Assembly (NCBI GenBank): GCA_048941625.1
Contig: JBHLNK010000002.1
Span: 5,098 to 69,097, forward strand
Reading direction: 5' to 3'
DNA: 64,000 bases
Source: Promethearchaeota archaeon
GTDB taxonomy: Archaea > Asgardarchaeota > Lokiarchaeia > Sigyniarchaeales > SOKP01
How positions within the stretch are numbered: the stretch's first letter is position 1; each line of letters begins with the position of its first letter. Shown piece by piece: positions 51,125 through 60,483 of the stretch. Below the pieces are notes generated by a model. That model saw only the letters and a list, made by a program, of their open reading frames with translations. It was not told the DNA's origin and searched no databases. Both the position numbers and the translations under genes were made by a program.

Positions 51125-52102
51125 TTAATTGATATTATTTTTTCGCCATATATACCTTGTTAAGAAGAAATTAAATGAGTTCTTGATAAAAGCTTTCCAA
51201 AATTCCAATGAAAATAAAACATTCATTCTTGAAATAATATTTATGAAGATAAAGATTTTTGACAAAAAAATCTTAGGATTATTTATGATAATAATGACTA
51301 ATCTTTCTCCAATCTCTGATTTAACACGATTTAGTAATATTTTTTGAACTTTTGGAAGGTGACTTAACATTTTATTAATTATGAATATTCTATCTTCAAG
51401 TTGGGATAAGCGAGATAATGGATGATAATAAGATTGGCCATTGCAATAAGGTTTAATCATCCTTATAGTAGTACTGACTGAATTATCCCAATAATTCCAA
51501 AATATTTTTGATGAACATAAAGTATCACCTGCCATCATAGCTTGCGTCATAAGTACCTGTTGCATGTATGTGCACCCTATAAACTCTTTTGCTTGATTAA
51601 TGTTTAATGGTTCCTTTTTTATTACTAAACCTGTTAAAAAATGTATATTAAAACCTAATTCAATTAATGATTCAGCCCCCCCTTTATAAATTCTATCATT
51701 GAACATTATTGGAATTTTATTCTTATGTGATCTTTTATCACCTACCGAACCAACTATAGTTGATAAATTTTTCTGTTTTTTAATTATATTTAGTATGTAT
51801 GGGAATGCCTCAATATCAGGATTCTCATCATCACCGCAAAAAAAAAGAAATTCTCCGTTAGCTCGTTCAACTAATTTAAGAATATTTCCATCAAAACCTA
51901 GATTTTTATCATTTCGAAAATATTTAATCCGATCATCTTTAATACTTTCAACTAATTCCTTTGTATTATCTACTGAAGCATTATCACTTATAACAATTTC
52001 AATTTCCTCGCTTTTAAACTTAATAATCTTATTTAATAAATCATATAGAATAGTGTCTCGATTATAAGTGGGAATGCATATACTCAAAATCGGTTTTTTT
52101 AT
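51125..52102 (-). CDS. GT2-family glycosyltransferase
   Basis: (IKKPIL)SICIPTYNR, SDNASVD, NLG, GDD. Start is either TTG 52087 or ATA 52102. Confidence 0.88.
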   Translation of the reverse strand: MKKPILSICIPTYNRDTILYDLLNKIIKFKSEEIEIVISDNASVDNTKELVESIKDDRIKYFRNDKNLGFDGNILKLVERANGEFLFFCGDDENPDIEAFPYILNIIKKQKNLSTIVGSVGDKRSHKNKIPIMFNDRIYKGGAESLIELGFNIHFLTGLVIKKEPLNINQAKEFIGCTYMQQVLMTQAMMAGDTLCSSKIFWNYWDNSVSTTIRMIKPYCNGQSYYHPLSRLSQLEDRIFIINKMLSHLPKVQKILLNRVKSEIGERLVIIIINNPKIFLSKIFIFINIISRMNVLFSLEFWKAFIKNSFNFFLTRYIWRKNNIN

Positions 52103-52264
52103 AAAAATCCACCATTATTTTATGTATTCATGAAATCCTAAAATTTTCTAGCTTAATAATTATAGTCATGCTTTAGAATAAAGATTTTATTGTTTATTTA
52201 TCTAATATTAAAAAGATTTGCTAATTTACATGGATGTACGTGAAAGAAGTATAATAGAATGTTA

Positions 52265-53125
52265 TTATATCATATCATTTTTAAGTATTGAATTTAATTT
52301 TGAATTATCTCCCCAAAAAGCCATAGGTACATAATCTGGATATGGATAATACCCCAAGTTTAGTTTTATGGATTTGCCTTTCTTTTTAATATAATTTTCA
52401 ACTAATTCTTTTATAGAAATAGGTTTCCCACTACAACAGTTAATTTTTCCAGTTATCTTCTTCTGTAATGAAATTCTCACAATATATTCTGCTACCTTAC
52501 TAATATGTAAATAATCTCTAATTTGTTCTCCACCAGACATATTAAATATTTCTTTATCATTTTCTAAGGCTTTATCTAGTTGGGCGATTAGTGAATTTGG
52601 ATTTTGACCTTGTCCATACATATAAAAAAGTCTTATCCACTTGAAACTAAAATTAAATTTATCATTTAGTAATTCAATAAATCTTCTTAATGTGTCTTTT
52701 GCTATTGAATATGCATTTATTGGATTAGTTTCTATATCTTCTGATAGACACCCACTTTTCATACCATATTCAAAACAAGTCCCAATTATGTTTACATCTT
52801 TTAGCCCATTTTTGATAATGTTCTTAATAAAGTTATAATTGGAAAATAGGTTTCTTTCAAAATGATAAAATTCATTATAATTAGGTAATCCTTCCCAAGA
52901 TAAATGGATAAGAGAATCTGGTTCCTCAAAAAAAGTGAAATAATTCTTTTTAGATTCATTCAAATCACATTGAATATACTTTACTCTATCATACCATTCA
53001 AAATTTCGAATATTTTTAGTTAGATCAATTGAAGTAGCTATTATTTGATATCTATTTAAACTCAACAGTTCTTTCACTACATAATTTCCAATAAAGCCTG
53101 TCGCTCCAGTTACTAAAATTTTAAT
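52265..53125 (-). CDS. NAD-dependent sugar-nucleotide 4-reductase/epimerase (extended SDR)
   Basis: In-frame IKILVTGATGFIG upstream of the ORF-track start; GTCFEYG, YSIAK, RLFYMYG, RDY. Confidence 0.88.
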   Translation of the reverse strand: MKILVTGATGFIGNYVVKELLSLNRYQIIATSIDLTKNIRNFEWYDRVKYIQCDLNESKKNYFTFFEEPDSLIHLSWEGLPNYNEFYHFERNLFSNYNFIKNIIKNGLKDVNIIGTCFEYGMKSGCLSEDIETNPINAYSIAKDTLRRFIELLNDKFNFSFKWIRLFYMYGQGQNPNSLIAQLDKALENDKEIFNMSGGEQIRDYLHISKVAEYIVRISLQKKITGKINCCSGKPISIKELVENYIKKKGKSIKLNLGYYPYPDYVPMAFWGDNSKLNSILKNDMI

Positions 53126-53152
53126 GAAAAATTCACCAGAAATTTATAAATT

Positions 53153-53713
53153 TCAAATTATTTTTTGCCCAATTCCATCAAAACCATTATCTAATAATTG
53201 CAAATTTTTATCCCTTTCTGAAATGTCTGAAAGCTTTAATGGCCATTCGATTTTTATTTTAGGGTCATTATATCTAATACCACCTTCCTTTTTTGGATCA
53301 TAAAACTCAGTAACAAAATACAAAATTTCAATATTGTCTTCTAAAGATTGAAATCCATGGGCAAATCCTTCAGGAATATAAAGCATTTTCATATTACTTG
53401 CAGATAAAATTTCTCCATACCAACTCAATAATGTAGGAGAATCCTTTCTTAGGTCTATCGCTACATCAAAAATCGATCCTTTAATACACTTTATAATTTT
53501 TATTTCAGCTTTAGGGGGATATTGAAAATGCATACCTCTTATTGAACCTTTCCTCTTTGTTAAAGAATGATTAATATTTACTATATTCTTAGAATGATTG
53601 ATTTGTTTCAATTCATCTAGGCAAAAAACACGAACAAACATGCCACGATCATCCAAAGATGGTTTTGGTTCGATGATATAAAGATCTTTTATTTTGGTTT
53701 TTTTAAATTCCAT
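53153..53713 (-). CDS. NDP-4-keto-6-deoxyglucose epimerase (RmlC/RfbC cupin)
   Basis: DDRG.F, RGMHFQ, DVAIDLRKDSPT, IPEGFAHGFQ. Confidence 0.9.
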   Translation of the reverse strand: MEFKKTKIKDLYIIEPKPSLDDRGMFVRVFCLDELKQINHSKNIVNINHSLTKRKGSIRGMHFQYPPKAEIKIIKCIKGSIFDVAIDLRKDSPTLLSWYGEILSASNMKMLYIPEGFAHGFQSLEDNIEILYFVTEFYDPKKEGGIRYNDPKIKIEWPLKLSDISERDKNLQLLDNGFDGIGQKII

Positions 53714-53723
53714 TTAAACAACT

Positions 53724-54818
53724 CTAATTTTCAATTTTTTGAAAATACTGCTTTATTTGACTAACATCAAAATCATAATCAATCTCTTCTTCTAAGTACC
53801 AATCACAAATAAATGAAATTGTTTGATCTATACTAAGTTTTGGTTCCCATTTAAGGTACTCATAAGCTTTTGAACTATCTATCAATAATAATTCAGTTTC
53901 ATGAAATTTGTTATTTTCTTCTTGAGAGGGTGTTTTAATTCTTCCTTTCCCAATTTGATCTATGATTTTTTCAGCAATTTCTCTAACTGAAAATATATTA
54001 TTATAGTTTGGACCAAAATTCCAAGCTCCTGAATATTTTTTTCCGTCTTCCCACATTTTTATAGCCAGAATTAGAAAACCTCTTATAGGTTCAAGAACAA
54101 ACTGCCATGGTCTAATATAATTTGGATTTCTTATAACAATTTCTTGATTGTCTCTAATTGCTTTTAAACAATCTGGAATTAATCGATAATCTTGCCAATC
54201 ACCACCACCAATAACATTCCCACATCTAACTGAAGCAATAAATTTATTAATAAATGGTGTTTCCAAATTTAAAAATGACTTTCTATATGCAGAAGTTATT
54301 AATTCAGAGCAAGATTTGCTCGAACTATAAGGATCATATCCTCCTAATCGATCCTCTTCTTTGTAACCTTTCTTTAATTCTTGATTTTCATAAACCTTAT
54401 CTGTTGTACAATTTACCATTAATTTACATGAGCCTTGATTTCTAAAAATTTCGAAAAGATTTACAGTTCCACCAACATTAATATCATATGTTTCCTTAGG
54501 ATTAAGATAAGATTTTTTAACAAGAGGTTGAGCAGCAAGGTGAAAAACTATTTGTGGTTCATATTTATTAAAAACTTTATTTAATTTTTTAAAATTTCTT
54601 ATATCTCCAATAATACTAACCATTTTATCTTTAAGGTTACTCACAACAAAATTATCATTATGAGTATGAGGTGGCAAAGCATAACCAATAACTTCAGCAC
54701 CTAATTCGTTAAGTGTAATTGATAACCAAGATCCTATAAAACCAGTATGTCCTGTAATCAATATTTTTTTATTTTGAAAAAAACTACCAAATATTTTTTT
54801 CATTTCCAAATCTTCCAA
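53724..54818 (-). CDS. rfbG: CDP-glucose 4,6-dehydratase
   Basis: ITGHTGFIGSWL, HLAAQPLV, TTDKVY, DPYSSSK, GNVIGGGDW, RPWQ. Confidence 0.93.
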   Translation of the reverse strand: MEDLEMKKIFGSFFQNKKILITGHTGFIGSWLSITLNELGAEVIGYALPPHTHNDNFVVSNLKDKMVSIIGDIRNFKKLNKVFNKYEPQIVFHLAAQPLVKKSYLNPKETYDINVGGTVNLFEIFRNQGSCKLMVNCTTDKVYENQELKKGYKEEDRLGGYDPYSSSKSCSELITSAYRKSFLNLETPFINKFIASVRCGNVIGGGDWQDYRLIPDCLKAIRDNQEIVIRNPNYIRPWQFVLEPIRGFLILAIKMWEDGKKYSGAWNFGPNYNNIFSVREIAEKIIDQIGKGRIKTPSQEENNKFHETELLLIDSSKAYEYLKWEPKLSIDQTISFICDWYLEEEIDYDFDVSQIKQYFQKIEN

Positions 54819-55576
54819 TAAGCTTTATCTTTGTTCCATATATCATTTAAATACTCAACATCTCTTTCATGATCCATACAACCCCAAGTACCTTCATGTT
54901 TATACACCATAATCTCTCCAATTGCAGCTAATTCTTCTAATGGACCTCTTTCTAAATCACAATCTTCATCTGGGGTTAAATAACTAAGAAATTTTCTATT
55001 AAATACCATAAATCCACCGTTTATTAATCCGATTGAGGTCTGTGGTTTCTCTCGAAATAGTAAAATTTTTCCATTTTTTTCACTAATTTCACCAAAACGA
55101 GAAGGGGCATGAACTCCTGTAATTGTTAATAATTTCCCATGAGATTTATGGAACTCTAATAATCTTGAAATATTAATATCCGCTAAACCATCCCCATAAG
55201 TCAACATATTTATCTCAGAGTCTAGATACTTTTCAATTCTTTTAATTCTACCTCCTTTAAGAGTATTTAATCCAGTATCAATCAATGTTACTTTCCAATT
55301 AATCTCTTCTTTAAAATCATAAAATTTAATTCTTCCATTAGATAAATCTATAGTAAAATCATTGTTCTTCATATCATAGTTATAAAAATAGTCCTTGATT
55401 ACATTTCCTTTCACTCCTAAACATATAATAAATTCATTGAAACCAAAAAAAGAATAAATTTTCATTATATGCCATAAAATTGGTTTATTTCCAATTCTTA
55501 CCATTGGTTTGGGAATTAGTTCGGCCATAGATCCCAAACGTGTGCCCCATCCTCCTGCTAAAATGACAACTTTCAT
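54800..55576 (-). CDS. rfbF: Glucose-1-phosphate cytidylyltransferase
   Basis: LAGGWGTR, PKPMV.IG.KPILWHIMK, DTG..T..GGR, TYGDG, INGGF. Confidence 0.93.
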   Translation of the reverse strand: MKVVILAGGWGTRLGSMAELIPKPMVRIGNKPILWHIMKIYSFFGFNEFIICLGVKGNVIKDYFYNYDMKNNDFTIDLSNGRIKFYDFKEEINWKVTLIDTGLNTLKGGRIKRIEKYLDSEINMLTYGDGLADINISRLLEFHKSHGKLLTITGVHAPSRFGEISEKNGKILLFREKPQTSIGLINGGFMVFNRKFLSYLTPDEDCDLERGPLEELAAIGEIMVYKHEGTWGCMDHERDVEYLNDIWNKDKAYWKIWK

Positions 55577-55624
55577 TGTACATCTTCTATTTTAGATATC
55601 TATTTACTTATTATGTTTTTTTAA

Positions 55625-56686
55625 TTAAAGAAACATATGTTTATTATTATTTACCCAATCTATTAATTTTTTAACACCTTTTTTAGGGTTGATCTTTGGA
55701 TTCCAATCAAGAATTTTTTTAGCTTTCTCAATATTAGAAATATATACTTTTTGATCACTAGGTCTCCATTCATGAAAATCAAATTCGATTTTTTTTCCTA
55801 ATTCTTTTTCTAATATCTCAATCAATTCTAATAAAGACAGTGTATTATTAATACCTCCTCCAATACAAAAAACATCATGTTTTAGTTTTTCTGATTTTTG
55901 AAGATATGAATCAAAAACATTAATTAAATCCGATATATATAGAATATCTCTAACTTGCTTACCATCTCCGAAAATTTTAATGTTCTTACCTGTGATAGCA
56001 GAAATAACAAAATGAGCAACCCAACCTTGATCTTCAAATCCGAATTGCCTTGTTCCATATATGCATGACATTCTGAATACTGCTGTTTTAAGGCCATATA
56101 TGTGAGCATAATCTTGAAAGTAAAGATCAGAACATAATTTTGAAGTTCCATAGGGAGTATGTTCACATAGATCAATCGGGAAATTTTCAGAAATACCGTT
56201 CGAATATTCATCATCAAATTCATATCGAGATTCTTTCTCTATAACATGACATTGATTTACATTATTCCCAAATACTTTATTTGTGGAACATATTATCATT
56301 GCAGGATCTTGTTTTGATTCTCGTACTGATTCTAAGAGATTAAAGGTTCCTATAACATTGTTCTCGAAATCAGCTGATGGATGTATTACCGATGTTGTCA
56401 CTGCTGTTTGAGCTGCTGTATGAACAACCGCATCAATTTCATTATTTTTAAATATTTCTTTAAGAAATTCAAAATTACGAATATCTTTTTCATAGAAGTT
56501 TATATTTTTATACTTATGCAAATAATCCCAATTATAACTATCATATAGAGAATCTTTTTTAAGCAATACTGATCTCGAAAGGTTGTCAATTAATATTATT
56601 TCTTCGATTTTTTCATCATTAGCATAAAACTCAGCAATATGGGAACCTATAAATCCCCCTCCACCAGTAACCAAAATTGTTTTCAT
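55625..56686 (-). CDS. CDP-paratose 2-epimerase-like SDR (RfbE/Tyv type)
   Basis: TGGGGFIG, AQTAVTTS, STNKVFG, TPYGTSK, FRMSCIYG.RQFG.EDQGWVAHF, GKQVRD. Confidence 0.85.
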   Translation of the reverse strand: MKTILVTGGGGFIGSHIAEFYANDEKIEEIILIDNLSRSVLLKKDSLYDSYNWDYLHKYKNINFYEKDIRNFEFLKEIFKNNEIDAVVHTAAQTAVTTSVIHPSADFENNVIGTFNLLESVRESKQDPAMIICSTNKVFGNNVNQCHVIEKESRYEFDDEYSNGISENFPIDLCEHTPYGTSKLCSDLYFQDYAHIYGLKTAVFRMSCIYGTRQFGFEDQGWVAHFVISAITGKNIKIFGDGKQVRDILYISDLINVFDSYLQKSEKLKHDVFCIGGGINNTLSLLELIEILEKELGKKIEFDFHEWRPSDQKVYISNIEKAKKILDWNPKINPKKGVKKLIDWVNNNKHMFL

Positions 56687-56771
56687 CAGACTTCATTAAA
56701 ATTATTAATTAATAGGAATTAACATTTATAATAATAAAAACTTAATTTATATGGATAACGAGGATTCTAAA

Positions 56772-57827
56772 TTAAATAATCGATTGAATATATTCTAATA
56801 ATAAATTCTTAGCAGTCTGAACAGAGTATTTCTTCTTAATTCTCTCATTTGCTTTATTATTAAGTGAATATCCGTTTTCTTTTACGAGTTTCATTTTCTC
56901 AATAAGATCCTCCACATTATCTCGCTTAAAGTAAAGAGGATAATCACGTAAAATTTCTCTATGAATCACAGTGTCTGAAGCAATGGTAATTTTGTTAAGA
57001 AACGCCGCTTCGACAGGTGTTAAACCAAACCCTTCAAAAATTGAAGGATCAACATAAAAATCTGATTGTATAATTGCTTTTAGAGCCTTTTCATGAGATA
57101 ATGGAAAATGAGGACAATTTAATTTTATACTTTTATCATAATGAGGTCCAATCACAGCAATTTTTAGTTTTAATCTATTTGCTGCTTCAACAAAAATTTC
57201 TTGACGTTTGATTTTTACGATTCTACTAATATTTATTGCATCATACTTTTTATCTAGATTCCTGGGAAGGTTCTTAATAAGTTCTGAATCTGCAGAGAGA
57301 TACCATACTTTTGACCCTAATTTTAAAAATCTTTTTGCTAAATATTGAGTATATTTTGAAATAGAGAGATTTAAATCTGATTTTTTTAGAAAATTTCTAT
57401 AATTGAGTTGATAAAATACTTTATTTCGAAACTGCGTATTTACTATCCGATTAAATAAATTTATGGGATAATATTTATTTCTCGCTCCTTTTTGTTGAGA
57501 AAAAAGAAAATTTGCCCTTTTATTAATAAAATTATATTTATGATAACCATTATAAATTGTTTGCCTTGCTAATCTGGAGATTGAATTCAGATTGAAGCTT
57601 TTTTCCAACCTCCAAAGAGGAACATCTAAAATTACATTAATTAATTTAATTTTATGTCTTTTTATTTTATTCAGATTTTTATATACATCATATATATATG
57701 TGTGACTTTGACAAATAACTAGATCAACATTAGTAGAAAACTGATTAAAGAGTATATGATGACCATCATCTTCTAGTGATTTAAAAAGATGTTTTAATAA
57801 ATTTCCTCCATAGAAGCTAATATTCAT
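56772..57827 (-). CDS. GT4-family glycosyltransferase
   Basis: SRIVKIK, PSIFEGFGLTPVEA. Confidence 0.82.
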   Translation of the reverse strand: MNISFYGGNLLKHLFKSLEDDGHHILFNQFSTNVDLVICQSHTYIYDVYKNLNKIKRHKIKLINVILDVPLWRLEKSFNLNSISRLARQTIYNGYHKYNFINKRANFLFSQQKGARNKYYPINLFNRIVNTQFRNKVFYQLNYRNFLKKSDLNLSISKYTQYLAKRFLKLGSKVWYLSADSELIKNLPRNLDKKYDAINISRIVKIKRQEIFVEAANRLKLKIAVIGPHYDKSIKLNCPHFPLSHEKALKAIIQSDFYVDPSIFEGFGLTPVEAAFLNKITIASDTVIHREILRDYPLYFKRDNVEDLIEKMKLVKENGYSLNNKANERIKKKYSVQTAKNLLLEYIQSII

Positions 57828-57877
57828 AGTTAAATATCCCTTATTCTGATTTATTTTAACGAATTATAATTTTAGGT

Positions 57878-58897
57878 TTAAATATCAGTTTTGACAATTT
57901 CAATTAGTCTTTCCATAATTTTCTCCCATGTATATTTTCTTAAGATTAATTCATACCCTTGGAGAGCTATTTTTTCACGAATTTCTTCATTTTTCAAATA
58001 ATATTTGACCAGTTTTAAGCATTCTTCTTCATTACTAAACCAATCTAAATGAATTTTTTTTTTAAAAATTTTTTCTAGGTCTTTACAGTATTCACTTAAT
58101 AGAAAAGATCCTGTTCCAATTACCTGGAATACTCTAACAGAGAAACCAACCTTTTCTTGATTAAAGTTTAATATGACTTTTGCAATTCTATACTTATTAA
58201 CCAAATCTTTTAGATAGATTGGTTTGTTGTTCCATCCATTACCATAACATACAACATTTATTTTATTTTTTTTTAAAAAATTTATATATCTTTCACGCTT
58301 TTCAGAAAAAGTACCAACAAAGATAACATCGATTTCCTTTTTTACGACGATGTCGCTAGGCTTAAACATGCGTGTATCTATTCCTTGAGTTAAGAAATAA
58401 CTATTAGCTCCTTTTTTGTTAAAATATTTATATACACTAGTATAAGATGAGCTACTCCAAGTGCTAAATTTGGCATATATATCGGCATTCATATTAATTG
58501 CAATACTTAAAGCATCCATGAAATAATAGAATGTGTGAGAATATTTATTCAACTTGGGAATTAAATTATAGTTAATTTCATTTGTTTTAGCTAATATTAT
58601 CAAATCATAGTTATTGTGTTCTACCTCAGAAAACAAATTCTTATTCATGGACCGATTTCCTAATAAAAAATACTTTACAGTTTTTAGTTTTTTAGGGAGG
58701 AAATATAGCGTGTCTATCTTTTTAACTAAAAAATTAACAATTTTAACATAATAAATAAAATTAAGTTTTCTAAATCTTGTAGATAATTCTCTAAAATCAA
58801 ATTTTTTAACAAGATGATTCTTTCTACTTAATTCTTGTGCCATAGGAATATTTGTCGACCAAGGTTTATTAAATACTCCTATAAACAATATTTTCAT
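57878..58897 (-). CDS. GT-B glycosyltransferase (CgeB-like)
   Basis: FVGT...R, YGNGW, RVFQ..GTG.FLLSE, REKIA..G. Confidence 0.8.
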   Translation of the reverse strand: MKILFIGVFNKPWSTNIPMAQELSRKNHLVKKFDFRELSTRFRKLNFIYYVKIVNFLVKKIDTLYFLPKKLKTVKYFLLGNRSMNKNLFSEVEHNNYDLIILAKTNEINYNLIPKLNKYSHTFYYFMDALSIAINMNADIYAKFSTWSSSSYTSVYKYFNKKGANSYFLTQGIDTRMFKPSDIVVKKEIDVIFVGTFSEKRERYINFLKKNKINVVCYGNGWNNKPIYLKDLVNKYRIAKVILNFNQEKVGFSVRVFQVIGTGSFLLSEYCKDLEKIFKKKIHLDWFSNEEECLKLVKYYLKNEEIREKIALQGYELILRKYTWEKIMERLIEIVKTDI

Positions 58898-59199
58898 TTA
58901 ATTCCCCCCAAGATATAACATATAAGTTTTATTATAATTAAATTAACATAATTATTATTGAGAAATTGCTAATTGTCCTTCAATTAAATAAAATAACTAA
59001 AATGATTATATAGAATATTTGATTTATCAAATAATACATAGCAATTTAAATTTTTCATTTTTCCAAAATTTCCAAACATTTATTGCTAAATTATTTATTT
59101 ATGGATAAAATTTATCAATTTTATCTATGATAATATAAAAAAAGTATATAATCAGTGAATTTTTACTTAATTTAAATTTCTGTATAATTTTGATTTTAT

Positions 59200-60078
59200 T
59201 TGAGTATGTATAGCATATCAGTTTTCTTAAAAAAACTTACTAACTTTATTAAATTTCCATTTTTTAAAAAACTGGTATTCATTTATCTTAAATCGAAAAA
59301 TCCCTTAGAATTATCAGATTTAGAGTTCCAAACAAAATTTTCAAATTCGTATGCTCTGATCTCTGAATTAAGATCTAAAAAATTTCAAAAAATTATTAAT
59401 AGACTAGAAAGTTACATTGGAATTGGTTATTTTGGGCCAAAAAAATATTGGGAATATCCATGGGTTTTGGCAAATCTTCAATTAAAAAAAGGTATGTCAA
59501 TATTGGATGTAGGATGTGGTACAAGCCCTATCCAATTTTTACTTTCTGATTTAGGATGTAAAGTTACAGGAATAGATCCATATTTGAATATGAAATGGCA
59601 TGGTATTAATCAAAAATTGAATAAAAGATTTAATTGTGATGTTAAATATCATCAAGGATCTGGGGAGTCTGTAAGTTTTAAGGATAATACATTTGATCGG
59701 GTAATATGTGTATCTGTCATTGAACATTGTAGAGAGAGTAAGAGTTTTAATGGAAAATATTTACCTTTAAATGAAATAGATCATAAACTTCAACAAAAAA
59801 TGTTAAAAGAAATGATAAGAGTTCTAAAACCAGGAGGTTTATGCGTAGTAACGGTTGATTTCTTTATACCAAGGAATAATCTCTCGCTAGAATATAATAT
59901 AAATGTTAGTAAGTTAATTGAAAGTGTTAAGGCAAATATGTTTGGCATTAAAATTAATGAACCTTTCCCTGGAGAACCAAACTTTAACTTTATTAGCTTA
60001 ATTGAGAATTCTGATATTCAAATCGTTAATTATAGATCTCTAATACAGACTTCAATTGGATTTACTTTAAAAAAATAA
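59200..60078 (+). CDS. Class I SAM-dependent methyltransferase
   Basis: WEYPW, LDVGCG, FDRVICVSVIEH, RVLKPGG; start may be ATG 59206. Confidence 0.87.
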   Translation: MSMYSISVFLKKLTNFIKFPFFKKLVFIYLKSKNPLELSDLEFQTKFSNSYALISELRSKKFQKIINRLESYIGIGYFGPKKYWEYPWVLANLQLKKGMSILDVGCGTSPIQFLLSDLGCKVTGIDPYLNMKWHGINQKLNKRFNCDVKYHQGSGESVSFKDNTFDRVICVSVIEHCRESKSFNGKYLPLNEIDHKLQQKMLKEMIRVLKPGGLCVVTVDFFIPRNNLSLEYNINVSKLIESVKANMFGIKINEPFPGEPNFNFISLIENSDIQIVNYRSLIQTSIGFTLKK

Positions 60079-60197
60079 ATGTAAATTTTATTAACATCAA
60101 TTATTTTAACACTATCTTTAAGAGAAGTAATAAAAATATTTTTTAATGAACTTTAATTATATTTAATTAAATATAATTAAAAAATGATAAAAACATT

Positions 60198-60434
60198 ATG
60201 TCAAATGAAGAACATAAAGTCGAATACACTACGGTTTCAATTCCTAAACCTTTAGCAGAGAAAGTAAAAGAACGAATGAAAGGAACAGGTTTTTCTTCTG
60301 TTTCTAGTTATGTAACTTATGTATTGAGACAATTATTATCCTCCATAGAAGAAGAAAGGTCAAAGCAAGCATTTACTAAAGAAGAAGAAGAAAAGGTCAA
60401 AAAAAGACTAAGAGATTTAGGATATATAGATTAA
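60198..60434 (+). CDS. CopG/ribbon-helix-helix protein with C-terminal RLRDLGY tail
   Basis: TTVSIP strand, helix, GFSSVSSYVTYVLR helix, then EEEEKVKKRLRDLGYID. Confidence 0.85.
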   Translation: MSNEEHKVEYTTVSIPKPLAEKVKERMKGTGFSSVSSYVTYVLRQLLSSIEEERSKQAFTKEEEEKVKKRLRDLGYID

Positions 60435-60483
60435 TTAGTTATAATCATTAAAAAGTTTAAGAAAACCGAGGTTTTAATATTAG

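Noticed and set aside
1114-56223. Short opposite-strand or overlapping ORFs in the track (e.g. 1114, 1485, 2019, 3346, 5246, 6212, 8987, 9221, 9955, 12496, 12772, 16663, 19830, 20852, 21266, 26010, 26844, 27282, 29033, 36973, 38019, 44795, 46183, 47310, 47803, 49006, 51129, 51699, 52641, 54254, 55924)
   Set aside because: They lie on or within well-supported genes and have no recognisable motifs; treated as shadow ORFs.
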